Assembly: GCA_963706025.1 (NCBI GenBank)
Contig: CAVPLM010000017.1
Coordinates: 8,058 to 72,057, forward strand
DNA from: an uncultured Actinomycetes bacterium
GTDB taxonomy: Bacteria; Actinomycetota; Thermoleophilia; RBG-16-64-13
DNA: 64,000 nucleotides
Direction of reading: 5' to 3'
In this document: positions 23,681-33,412 of the stretch, piece by piece
How the letters are laid out: every line of letters begins with the position of its first letter
How positions within the stretch are numbered: position 1 is the stretch's first letter
Notes under the pieces: generated by a model
Database searches by the model: none
Told to the model about the DNA's origin: nothing
Seen by the model: the letters and a program-made list of their open reading frames with translations, nothing else
Position numbers and translations under genes: made by a program

Positions 23681-26306
23681 ATGCCTGACGGTGAAAAGCG
23701 GGGCAACGGAGACGAGAGGACCGTCGTCCGCGACATGTGTTTCATCGGGATCAGTTGGGGCGGCAACGCCTGCATGGTCGATGTCAAGGACGGCAAGGTG
23801 CTGCGCATCCGCCCGGCCCGCTTCTACGACAAGTACACCAAGGAAGAGGTCAAGCCCTGGGTCATGGAAGCCCGGGGCAAGACCTTCGATCCGGGGGAGA
23901 AGACGCTGCCGCCGCCCTTCAGCATCGCTTACAAGAAACGGGTCTTCTCGCCCGCCCGCATCCGCTACCCCATGAAGCGGGTGGATTTCGACCCGGCTGG
24001 CGCCCCCGGCTCTGTCGGCCCGGGGGGCCGCAACATCCAGAAACGCGGTGTGAGCAAATACGTACGCATATCCTGGGACGAAGCCCTCGACATCATCACC
24101 GGCGAGATGCTCCGTATCAAGGAGACCTACGGCCCCACCGCCATCCTCTACCAGAACGACCAGCACGGCGAGAACAAGACCGTCCACGGACCGCACGGCT
24201 GCGGGCGCAAGCTGCTCGACCTCTTCGGAGGCTACACCCACCAGGTCCGTAACGCCGACAGCTGGGAGGGCTGGTACTGGGGAGCCAAGCACGTGTGGGG
24301 CTGCGAGCCCATCGGCCAGCAGCTCCCTCAGAAGAACCTGCTCCTCGACATCTCGAGAAACGCGGAGCTCCTCCTCTTCTGGGGCTGCGACCCGGAGGCC
24401 ACCCCCTGGGGCTGGGGCGGGCAGTTGGTCAGCCGTTTCAACTATTGGTGGACGGAGCTGGGGATCAAGCAGATCTACATCGCCCCGGACGTGAACTACG
24501 GCAACGCCGTCCACGCCGACAAGTGGATCCCCGTCCTTCCCAACACCGACGCCGCCTTGTATTTAGCCATCGCCCATCGCTGGTTCACGAAAGGCACCTA
24601 CGACAAGGCCTATCTGGAGACCCACGCCTACGGGGTGGAGGAGTTCGAGGCCTACGTGATGGGCGAGGAAGACGGGGTGCCCAAAAGCCCGGAGTGGGCG
24701 GCTCCCATCACCGGGGTGTCGGCCCGCATCATCAAGGCCCTGGCCGACGAGTGGGCTTCCAAGCCCACCACCATCGTCATCAGCAACGGGGGCCCGGCCA
24801 TCCGCGGCCCCTATGCCACCGAACCGGCCCGTCTACAGTGCCTCTGTCTGGCCATGCAGGGGCTGGGCAGACCGGGCTGTAACCAGGCCAAGATGATCGA
24901 GTGGGCGCTCGCCCGCGATCCCGAGAACCAGGCAGCGCCCAAGCCCGAGGTCTCCATCAGTCTGGACGCCGCCTACCGGGGCGACGGACCGCCCGAGTAC
25001 AAACGCGACTCCTGCATCCCCAAGACCCTGGTACCCAAGCTTATCCTGGAGGGCGAGGGCACCTGGTACGGCAACCGCTACGGCATGCGGAGCGACCGGC
25101 TAGACCAGTTCGTCCAGTACAAGTATCCCGCCGACGGGGCCTCCAAGATCCACATGATCTGGACCGACTCCCCCTCCTGGATCACCTGCTGGAACGACGG
25201 CAACAACTTCATCCGAGCCCTCAGGCACCCCGACATCGAGTTCGTCTTCTGCCAGCACCCCTGGCTGGAGAACGACGCCCTCTTCTCAGACGTCATCCTG
25301 CCGGTGAACACCAAGCTGGAAGAGGACGACATCGGCAGCGACATCTTCAGCGGGCAGATGGATATGCTCTTCCCCGAGCCCCGCTGCATGGAGTCGCTGG
25401 GCGAGTCGTGCAGCGACTACGAGGTGGTCTGCAAGCTGGCCGAGCGCCTGGGACTGCTGGAGGAGTACACGGGGGGAGAGAGCATCCCCGAGATCATCAA
25501 GTCCGGCTGGGAGTATTCCGGCGTGGCCGACAAGATCAGTTGGGAGGAGTTGAACGAGAAGGGCTACTACGTGGTCTCCCCCGATCCCGACTGGGAGAAG
25601 ATCCCCGCCGGCTTCATCGAGTTCTACCAGGACCCGGAAGGACATCCCCTCTCCACCCCCACCGGCAAGCTGGAGTTCTACTCCACCGGCCTGGCCGAGC
25701 ACTTCCCCGACGACCCGGAGCGCCCCCCCGTGCCCAAGTGGATCCCGGAAGGGGAATCCCACCAGGAGACGCTGGGGACCGAGAGGTCGAAGAAGTATCC
25801 CCTGCTGGTCATGAGTAACCACCCCCGCTGGGGGGTGCACTCCCAGCACGACGACGTCACTTGGCTTCGGGAGATCGAGACCTGCAAGATCCGGGGGAAG
25901 GACGGGTACCATTACCATCCCCTGTGGATCCATCCGCTCGACGCCGAAGCCCGGGGCGTCAAGCACGGCGACGTGGTCTCCATCTACAACGAGCGGGGCA
26001 CCGTGCTGGCCGGGCGCCTACGTGACCGAGAGGATCATGCCCGGCGCCGTGGGCATCGACCACGGGGCCAAGTACGACCCCATCGTCCCCGGGGAGATCG
26101 ACCGGGGGGGGGTGATCAACACCATCGTCCCCCGCAACTGCACCTCCAAGAACACCGTGGGCATGGTGGTCTCCGGCTTCCTTGTCGAGGTGGAGAAGGC
26201 CGACCTCGAGGCGCTGAGGGCGAAGTATCCGGAGGCCTTCGAACGCGAATGCCACCCCACCGCCGGCCCGTGCCTGGCCGGAGTGCTGATGGAGGGGGTG
26301 GAGTGA
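23681..26306 (+). CDS. AthL-family Mo-bisPGD enzyme alpha subunit, paralog 2 (frameshift near 26012)
   Basis: NADSWEGWYWG; the true C-terminus continues in ORF 26022-26306 (DHGAKYDP...GVLMEGVE). Confidence 0.88.
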
Positions 26307-26351
26307 TACCTGCGCCTGCTGGGCCGCAACGCTCTGGGCGCGCCCGGCCGG

Positions 26352-26396
26352 CGCCGTTACACTGAAGACCGTCGACGCTTGACCGAAGGGGGATAC
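26352..26396 (+). promoter_or_regulatory. Repeated promoter/RBS cassette, copy 3
   Basis: CGCCGT-TACACT...GTCGACGC...AAGGGGGA; -10 starts 39 nt before ATG 26397. Confidence 0.65.
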
Positions 26397-28991
26397 ATGG
26401 CGGGAAGCGAGAAGCGTGGCAAGGGAGGCGAGAGGACGATCGTCCGCGACATCAGCTGGTGCGGCGTCTTCAACGGCGCCAACGCCTGCATGGTGGATGT
26501 CAAGGACGGCAAGATGCTTCGCATCCGACCGGCCCGCTACTACGAGCAGTACACCAAAGAAGAGGTCAAGCCGTGGGTGATGCATGCCCGGGGCAAGACC
26601 TTCGAGCCTAGTGAGAAGAGCCTCGCGCCTCCGCTCAGCCTGGGCTACAAGAAGCGGGTTTACTCCCCCGCCCGCATCCGCTACCCCATGAAACGGGTGG
26701 ACTTCGATTCCAACGGGGAGCGCAATCCCCAGAACCGGGGCGTCAGCAAGTACGAGCGCATCAGCTGGGACGAGGCCCTCGACATCATCGCGAGCGAGAT
26801 GATCCGGATCAAGGAGACGTACGGCCCGACCGCCATCCTCAACCAGTCCGACCAGCACGGCGAGAACAAGTGCGTCCACGGCCCCCACGGCTGCATGCGC
26901 AAGCTGCTGAACCTGTTCGGCGGTTACACCCTGCAGGTCCGCCAGCCCGACAGCTGGGAAGGCTGGTGGTGGGGGGCCAAGCACGTATGGGGTTGCGAAC
27001 CGGTGGGCCAGCAGATGCCGCAGAAGAACCTGCTCTACGACATCTCCAAGAACACCGAGCTTCTGCTGTTCTGGGGGTGCGACCAGGAGACCACGGTCTG
27101 GGGCTGGCAGGGTCAACTCACGAGCCGCCTCAGCTACTGGTGGACGGACCTCGGCATCAAGCAGATCTACATCGCCCCCGACGTCAACTACGCGGCTGCG
27201 GTGCACGCCGACAAGTGGATCCCCATCCTGCCCAACACCGACGCGGCCCTCTATCTGGCCATCTGCTATCAGTGGTTCAGAAACGGCACCTACGACAAGG
27301 AGTACCTGGAGACCCACGCTTATGGCGTCGACAAGTTCGAGGATTACGTGATGGGCAAGGAGGATGGGATTCCCAAGACCCCGGAATGGGCCTCCCCGAT
27401 CACCGGCGTGCCCTCGCGCATCATCAAGGCTCTGGCCGATGAATGGGCCTCCAAGCGGACCACCATATGCATCGGCAACGGGGGCCCCGGCATCCGCGGC
27501 CCCTATGCCACCGAGCCCGCTCGGCTGCAGGTCATCTGCCTGGCCATGCAAGGCCTGGGCAAGCCCGGCTGTAACCAGTCCAAGATGATCGAGTGGGGCC
27601 TGCTCGACAACTTCGAGCAGATGTCGCCGCCGGCTCCGTCGGTGTTGACCCACCTTGTCGAGGCGTACACCGGCAGCACCCCCATGGAAACGAATCATCC
27701 GTCGTTCCTGCCCAAGACCCTGGTGCCCAAGGCCATCCTGGAGGGCGCGTGCGATTGGTGGGGGAACGAGCACGAGTTCACCTCTCGGGAGAACCAGTTC
27801 GTCCACTACAACTACCCGGCCGAGGGCTGCTCGCGGGTCCACATGATCTGGACCGACTCGCCCTCCTGGATCACCTGCTGGAACGACGGCAACAACTTCA
27901 TCCGGGCCATGCGCCATCCCGACATCGAGTTCATCCTGTGCCAGCATCCCTGGCTGGAGAACGACGCTCTCTTCGCCGACGTCATCCTGCCGGTCAACAC
28001 CATGTTGGAGGAAGACGACATCGGTAGCGACATCTTCAGCGGGCAGATGAATCTGCTGTTTCCAGAGCCGCGATGCATCGAGCCTCTGGGCGAGTCCCTA
28101 AGTGATTACGAGATCGTGTGCAAGATCGCCGAGCGGTTGGGGCTGTTGGAGGAGTACACGGGCGGGAAGACCATCCCCGAACTGATCAAGCTCGGCTACG
28201 AGACTTCCCGGGCCGCTCACCTCGTCAGTTGGGAAGAGCTGAACGAGAAGGGCTACTACGTGATCCCTCCCGACCCCGATTGGGAGAAGATCCCCGCCGG
28301 CCTCATCGACTTCTACAACGATCCGGAGAGGTATCCGCTTTCCACGCCGACCGGCAAGCTCGAGTTCTACTCCACCGGCCTAGCCGAGCACTTCCCCGAC
28401 GACCAAGAGCGGGGGCCGGTGCCCAAGTGGATCGCGAAGGGGGAGAGCCATGAGGAGACCGTCGGCACAGAGCGCAGCAAGAAGTATCCGCTCCTGGTCA
28501 TGAGCAACCACCCCCGCTGGGGAGTGCACTCCCAGCACGAAGACATCACCTGGCTGAGGGAGATCGAGACTTGTAAGGTCAGAGGACCGGACGGCTATCA
28601 GTACCACCCCCTGTGGATCAACCCGGTGGACGCCGCAGCCCGGGGCATCAGGAAGGGCGACGTGGTCAGCGTGTTCAATGAGCGGGGCACGGTCCTCGCG
28701 GGGGCCTACGTGACCCAGCGCATCATGCCCGGGGTAGTGGGCATGGACCATGGGGCCAAATACGATTGCATCGTCCCCGGGGAGATCGACCGGGGCGGGG
28801 CCATCAACAGCATCGTGCCCAGGAACACCACCTCCAAGAACGCCGTGGGGATGGTGGTCTCCGGCTTCCTGGCGGAAGTAGAGAAGACCGACCTGGAAGA
28901 ACTGAAGCGCAAATACCCGGAAGCCTTCGAAAAGCCGTTCCATCCGTGTGCCGGACCGGGGCTCGAGGCCTGCATCCTAGGAGGAGAATGA
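26397..28991 (+). CDS. AthL-family Mo-bisPGD enzyme alpha subunit, paralog 3
   Basis: QPDSWEGWWWG; highly similar to paralog 1. Confidence 0.88.
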   Translation: MAGSEKRGKGGERTIVRDISWCGVFNGANACMVDVKDGKMLRIRPARYYEQYTKEEVKPWVMHARGKTFEPSEKSLAPPLSLGYKKRVYSPARIRYPMKRVDFDSNGERNPQNRGVSKYERISWDEALDIIASEMIRIKETYGPTAILNQSDQHGENKCVHGPHGCMRKLLNLFGGYTLQVRQPDSWEGWWWGAKHVWGCEPVGQQMPQKNLLYDISKNTELLLFWGCDQETTVWGWQGQLTSRLSYWWTDLGIKQIYIAPDVNYAAAVHADKWIPILPNTDAALYLAICYQWFRNGTYDKEYLETHAYGVDKFEDYVMGKEDGIPKTPEWASPITGVPSRIIKALADEWASKRTTICIGNGGPGIRGPYATEPARLQVICLAMQGLGKPGCNQSKMIEWGLLDNFEQMSPPAPSVLTHLVEAYTGSTPMETNHPSFLPKTLVPKAILEGACDWWGNEHEFTSRENQFVHYNYPAEGCSRVHMIWTDSPSWITCWNDGNNFIRAMRHPDIEFILCQHPWLENDALFADVILPVNTMLEEDDIGSDIFSGQMNLLFPEPRCIEPLGESLSDYEIVCKIAERLGLLEEYTGGKTIPELIKLGYETSRAAHLVSWEELNEKGYYVIPPDPDWEKIPAGLIDFYNDPERYPLSTPTGKLEFYSTGLAEHFPDDQERGPVPKWIAKGESHEETVGTERSKKYPLLVMSNHPRWGVHSQHEDITWLREIETCKVRGPDGYQYHPLWINPVDAAARGIRKGDVVSVFNERGTVLAGAYVTQRIMPGVVGMDHGAKYDCIVPGEIDRGGAINSIVPRNTTSKNAVGMVVSGFLAEVEKTDLEELKRKYPEAFEKPFHPCAGPGLEACILGGE

Positions 28992-29815
28992 TGGGCAAGG
29001 TAATGGTCATTGATCTGGCCATCTGCAACGGCTGCCACAACTGCCAGGTGGCCTGCAAAGACGAGCACGTGGCCAACGACTGGTCGCCTATCGCCAAACC
29101 GCAGCCCGATACGGGCCAGTTCTGGAACAAGGTGATCAACCTGGAGCGGGGCACGGTGCCCAAGGTGCAGGTGACCTACCATCACTCCATCTGCCAGCAC
29201 TGCGAAGAGGCTCCGTGCATCGAGTCCTGTAACGCTCATGCCATCTACCGTCGAGCGGACGGCATCGTCATCATCGACCCAGAGAAATGCCGGGGAAACC
29301 AGCTCTGTCTGGAGGCCTGCCCCTACGAGAACGTCATCTACTTCAACGACGACCTCAACATCGCCCAGAAATGCACCTTCTGCGCTCACCTTCTGGACCA
29401 GGGCTGGACGGAGACCCGCTGCTCGGATGCCTGTCCCACGGGAGCATTCACCTTCGGAGACGAAGACGACCTCGCCGAAGTGATCGCGAAAGCCGAGCTC
29501 CTGAAACCGGAGCTCCCTACCCGCCCCCGGGTCTACTACCTACACCTGCCCAAGAAGTGGATCGCCGGGGCCGTCTATGACTCCGAAGCCGATGAGTGCA
29601 CGGAAGGAGCCACCGTCACCGCCACCAACCGGGAGACAGGGGAGAAGGTAGCCGCGACCACCGATAACTACGGCGACTTCTGGCTCAAGGACCTCCCGGA
29701 TGGCACCTACACGCTGCTCATCGAGAAGGAGGGGTATCTCACCCAGAAGCTGGGTCCCGTAGACGCCACCCAAGAGGACCAGAACCTGGGCGATATCGTG
29801 CTCTGGAAGGCCTAG
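28988..29815 (+). CDS. BthL-like Fe-S beta subunit (four Cys groups)
   Basis: CNGCHNCQVAC, CQHCEEAPCIESC, CRGNQLCLEAC, CTFC...CSDAC; start overlaps the alpha stop. Confidence 0.88.
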   Translation: MMGKVMVIDLAICNGCHNCQVACKDEHVANDWSPIAKPQPDTGQFWNKVINLERGTVPKVQVTYHHSICQHCEEAPCIESCNAHAIYRRADGIVIIDPEKCRGNQLCLEACPYENVIYFNDDLNIAQKCTFCAHLLDQGWTETRCSDACPTGAFTFGDEDDLAEVIAKAELLKPELPTRPRVYYLHLPKKWIAGAVYDSEADECTEGATVTATNRETGEKVAATTDNYGDFWLKDLPDGTYTLLIEKEGYLTQKLGPVDATQEDQNLGDIVLWKA

Positions 29816-29869
29816 GGCGGGGTCCTGGAGACGACCCCGGGCATCTGATCGCCTACCCAACGGAGGAGA

Positions 29870-30703
29870 GTGTCGATGGCAAGGTCCGGGGGCCGGCCGA
29901 GATCACCCGTTCATGATCAGTCAGGGGAGGAGAGCGATCTCTTCGTCCAGGCTCTTGCCCGCGGTCTCACGATCCTGGCGCTCTTCGACATCGAGCATCC
30001 CCAGTGGAGTCTGAGCGAGATCTGTGCGCGCACCGGCATCTCCAAGACCACGGCCTACCGCATGTTGCGGACCCTGGAGTGGAAGGACTTCGTGGTCTTC
30101 GATCCCGAGACCGACCTCTACCATCTGGGCAGGGCCACGATCCCGGGGGCCTACCTGGCGCTGTCGTCCGTCAGCTTCGTACGTGCCGTTCATCCGTTCC
30201 TGGAGGAATTGGCCGAAGCTACGGGGGAGACGGTGGAGCTCACGGTGGAGGGGGCCGGAGGAGCGGTAGTGGTCGATCAGGTTGCCACCACCCATCCGTT
30301 CAAGCCCAACCTCCCCATCGGCCGTGTCCTCTCCAGCGTGGCCAATTCATCCTTTCGCATGCATGTGGCTTTCAGGCCTGAAGCGGAGCGACAGAAGATC
30401 TTGCGTTCCGCCCAACTGAGGTTCACTCCGAACACCGTGACCGATCCCGAAGAGATCGAGAACCAACTGGCCGCGGCCATCCGCGACGGCGTCTCGTACG
30501 ACATCGAGGAGCAGGACCTCGGCGTGTGCGCGGTCTCCGCGCCGGTCTTCGGCGCAGATCGCGGCGTGAGGGCGGTTGTCACCGTCGTGGCGCCATCCGA
30601 GCGTTTCGGGCAGCGAGAAAAAAGGAAGAACACAGAGGCGGTGAAGAACATCGCGGCGGAGATGACCCGCTACCTGAGCCGGGTGACATCCACCGCTCGT
30701 TGA
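29870..30703 (+). CDS. IclR-family transcriptional regulator
   Basis: VQALARGLTIL...GISKTTAYRML HTH; EEQDLGVCAVSAPV. Confidence 0.9.
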   Translation: MSMARSGGRPRSPVHDQSGEESDLFVQALARGLTILALFDIEHPQWSLSEICARTGISKTTAYRMLRTLEWKDFVVFDPETDLYHLGRATIPGAYLALSSVSFVRAVHPFLEELAEATGETVELTVEGAGGAVVVDQVATTHPFKPNLPIGRVLSSVANSSFRMHVAFRPEAERQKILRSAQLRFTPNTVTDPEEIENQLAAAIRDGVSYDIEEQDLGVCAVSAPVFGADRGVRAVVTVVAPSERFGQREKRKNTEAVKNIAAEMTRYLSRVTSTAR

Positions 30704-30755
30704 CTCCGGCCTCGGACAGTGGCATAGTGTACCAGCGGACGAAGGCGGAATAGAG

Positions 30756-30772
30756 ATTCCGCTAGTCGGAAT
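30756..30772. promoter_or_regulatory. Putative operator ATTCCG-N5-CGGAAT (copy 3, perfect)
   Basis: ATTCCG-CTAGT-CGGAAT just upstream of the paralog 4 RBS. Confidence 0.55.
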
Positions 30773-30811
30773 AGGGGAGTAGAAGAGAGCAAGCAGTACT
30801 AAGGAGGCACT

Positions 30812-33412
30812 ATGGCGGAAGACCGGGCCAAGAACAGCAAGTCGGGCGAACGCACGCTGATACGGGACATCAGCTTCTGCGGCGTGCCCGAGAACGGCTC
30901 CAACGCATCGATGGTGGACGTCAAGGACGGCAAGATCATCCGTATCCGCCCGATGCACTACGACTGGAAGTACGATCCCGAGAAGGATATGAACCCGTGG
31001 AAGTTCGAAGTGCGCGGCAAGACCTTCGAACCCAGCATGAAGACCCTCATCCCACCGTACTCCATCGCCTACAAGAAGCGCGTCTATTCGCCTGCCCGCA
31101 TCCGCTATCCCATGATGCGGGTCGACTTCGATCCGAACGGAGAGCGCAACCCGCAGAACCGGGGCGTCAGCAAATACAAGCGCATCTCCTGGGACGAGGC
31201 TCTCGACATCATCACCGGCGAGATGAGCCGCATCAAGGAAAAATACGGGCCCACCGCCGTTCTCTACGAGAGCGACCAGCACGGCGAGAACAAAGTGGTG
31301 CAGGCCTGCCACGGCGCCGGCCGGAAGCTGCTGCGTCTGTGGGGCGGCTTCACCCAGCAGAACCGTCAGCCCGACAGCTGGGAAGGCTGGTGGTTCGGGA
31401 GCAAGCACTTCTGGGGTTGCGAGCCCGTCGGTCAAGGGAAGCAGAGCAACCTGCTCTACGACATGTCCAAGAACGCCGAACTGCTCCTGTTCTGGGGCTG
31501 CGACCAGGAGACGACCCCATGGGGCTGGCAGGGCCAGCTCCCCAGCCGTCTCAGCTACTACTGGACGGAACTCGGCATCAAGCAGATCTACGTGTGCCCC
31601 GACCTCAACTACGCCGCCGCCGTCCATGCCGACAGGTGGATCCCGGTCCTGCCGAACACCGACGCGGCACTGTATCTGGCAATCACCTACCAGTGGTTCA
31701 AGGACGGCACCTACGACAAGGAATACCTCGCTACTCATGCCGTCGGCGTGGACAAGTACGAGGCCTACGTCATGGGCGAAGAGGACGGCGTTCCCAAAAC
31801 GCCTGAGTGGGCGGCGCCGATCACCGGCGTGCCTGCACGTGTGATCAAGGCGCTGGCCAAAGAGTGGGCCTCCAAGCGCACTACCGTCGTCATCGGTAAC
31901 GGCGGCCCCGGCATCCGCGGACCTTATGCGACCGAAGCGGCTCGTCTGCAGTGCGTTTGTCTGGCCATGCAGGGCCTAGGCAAGCCGGGTGTCAATCAGG
32001 CCAAGATGATCGAGTGGGGGCTCTTCGACAAGCCGGATCAGTACGCTCAACCCAAGCCACTGCGTGTGCCCAACCTGCGTGCTGCGTACACCGGCGGTCA
32101 CCCGGACGAGACCAACCATCCGTCTTTCATCCCCAAGACGTATATCCCCAAGGCCATCCTTGAAGGCGAATGCGATTGGTACGGCGTCGAGTGCGAGACG
32201 GCCGACCGCACAGATCAGTTCGTGCACTACAAATACCCGGCCGACGGCTGCTCCCAGGTCCACATGGTCTGGACCGACTCGCCGTCCTGGATCACATGCT
32301 GGAACATGGGCAACGAGTATATCCAAGCCATGCGCCATCCCTCCATCGAGTTCATGTTCTGCCAGCACCCGTGGCTCGAGAATGACGCCCTGCTGGCCGA
32401 CATCATCCTGCCGGTCAACACGAAGCTCGAAGAGGACGATATCGCCGGCGACATCTTCAGCGGCCAGTACAACCTGCTCTTCCCCGAGCACAAATGCATC
32501 GAGCCGCTGGGTGAGTCCTACAGCGACTACGAGATCGTCTGCATGATCGCCAAGCGTCTAGGCCTGTACGAGGAGTACACCAAGGGCAAGTCCATCCCCG
32601 AGCTGATCAAGTACGGTTGGGAGACCTCCCGTTGCGCCGACCTCATTACCTGGGAGGAGCTCAACGAGAAAGGCTACCTCGTGATCCCAACCGCCGATGG
32701 CTGGGAGAACGAACCGGCCGGCTTCGAACTCTTCTACAAGGACCCGGAGAACTACCCGCTCTCAACACCGACCGGCAAGCTCGAGTTCGAGTCCACCGGC
32801 CTACTCGAGCACTTCCCGGACGACCTGGAACGGCCGCCGGTACCGAAGTGGATCGCCCAAGGCATCAGCCACGAGGAGACCATCGGCACCGAGCGCTCCA
32901 AGAAGTATCCGCTGCTCGTCTGTTCCAACCACCCGCGTTGGGGCGTGCACTCGCAGCACGACGACATCACCTGGCTGCGTGAGATCGAGACCTGCAAGAT
33001 GACCGGTCCGGACGGCTACCAGTACCACACGGTCTGGCTGCATCCGTCGACGGCCGAGTCACGCGGCATCAAACACGGGGATATAGTGTCCATCTTCAAC
33101 GAGCGCGGCACCGTGCTCGGCGGCGCGTACGTCACCGAGCGCCTCATGCCGGGCGTCGTCTACATCGACCATGGCGCCAAGTGGGACCCGATCGAGCCAG
33201 GCGTGATCGATCGTGGAGGCGCCATCAACACCATCGTTCCCAAGAACACCACCTCGAAGAACGCGGTGGGCCATGCGGTCAGTGGCTTCCTGGCCGAAAT
33301 CGAGAAGACCGACATGGAGGAGCTGAAGCGCAAGTATCCGGAAGCCTTCGAAAAGCCCTTCCACCCCTGTGCGGGTCCCGGTTTAGAGGCCTGCATCATG
33401 GGAGGTGAATGA
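30812..33412 (+). CDS. AthL-family Mo-bisPGD enzyme alpha subunit, paralog 4
   Basis: QPDSWEGWWFG, SNHPRWGVHSQ, DHGAKWDP. Confidence 0.88.
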   Translation: MAEDRAKNSKSGERTLIRDISFCGVPENGSNASMVDVKDGKIIRIRPMHYDWKYDPEKDMNPWKFEVRGKTFEPSMKTLIPPYSIAYKKRVYSPARIRYPMMRVDFDPNGERNPQNRGVSKYKRISWDEALDIITGEMSRIKEKYGPTAVLYESDQHGENKVVQACHGAGRKLLRLWGGFTQQNRQPDSWEGWWFGSKHFWGCEPVGQGKQSNLLYDMSKNAELLLFWGCDQETTPWGWQGQLPSRLSYYWTELGIKQIYVCPDLNYAAAVHADRWIPVLPNTDAALYLAITYQWFKDGTYDKEYLATHAVGVDKYEAYVMGEEDGVPKTPEWAAPITGVPARVIKALAKEWASKRTTVVIGNGGPGIRGPYATEAARLQCVCLAMQGLGKPGVNQAKMIEWGLFDKPDQYAQPKPLRVPNLRAAYTGGHPDETNHPSFIPKTYIPKAILEGECDWYGVECETADRTDQFVHYKYPADGCSQVHMVWTDSPSWITCWNMGNEYIQAMRHPSIEFMFCQHPWLENDALLADIILPVNTKLEEDDIAGDIFSGQYNLLFPEHKCIEPLGESYSDYEIVCMIAKRLGLYEEYTKGKSIPELIKYGWETSRCADLITWEELNEKGYLVIPTADGWENEPAGFELFYKDPENYPLSTPTGKLEFESTGLLEHFPDDLERPPVPKWIAQGISHEETIGTERSKKYPLLVCSNHPRWGVHSQHDDITWLREIETCKMTGPDGYQYHTVWLHPSTAESRGIKHGDIVSIFNERGTVLGGAYVTERLMPGVVYIDHGAKWDPIEPGVIDRGGAINTIVPKNTTSKNAVGHAVSGFLAEIEKTDMEELKRKYPEAFEKPFHPCAGPGLEACIMGGE

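Noticed and set aside
21023-33412. Calling the array enzymes DMSO/TMAO/biotin-sulfoxide reductases
   Set aside because: No Tat signals; the DSWEGW motif and BthL-type beta subunits point to the transhydroxylase clade instead.
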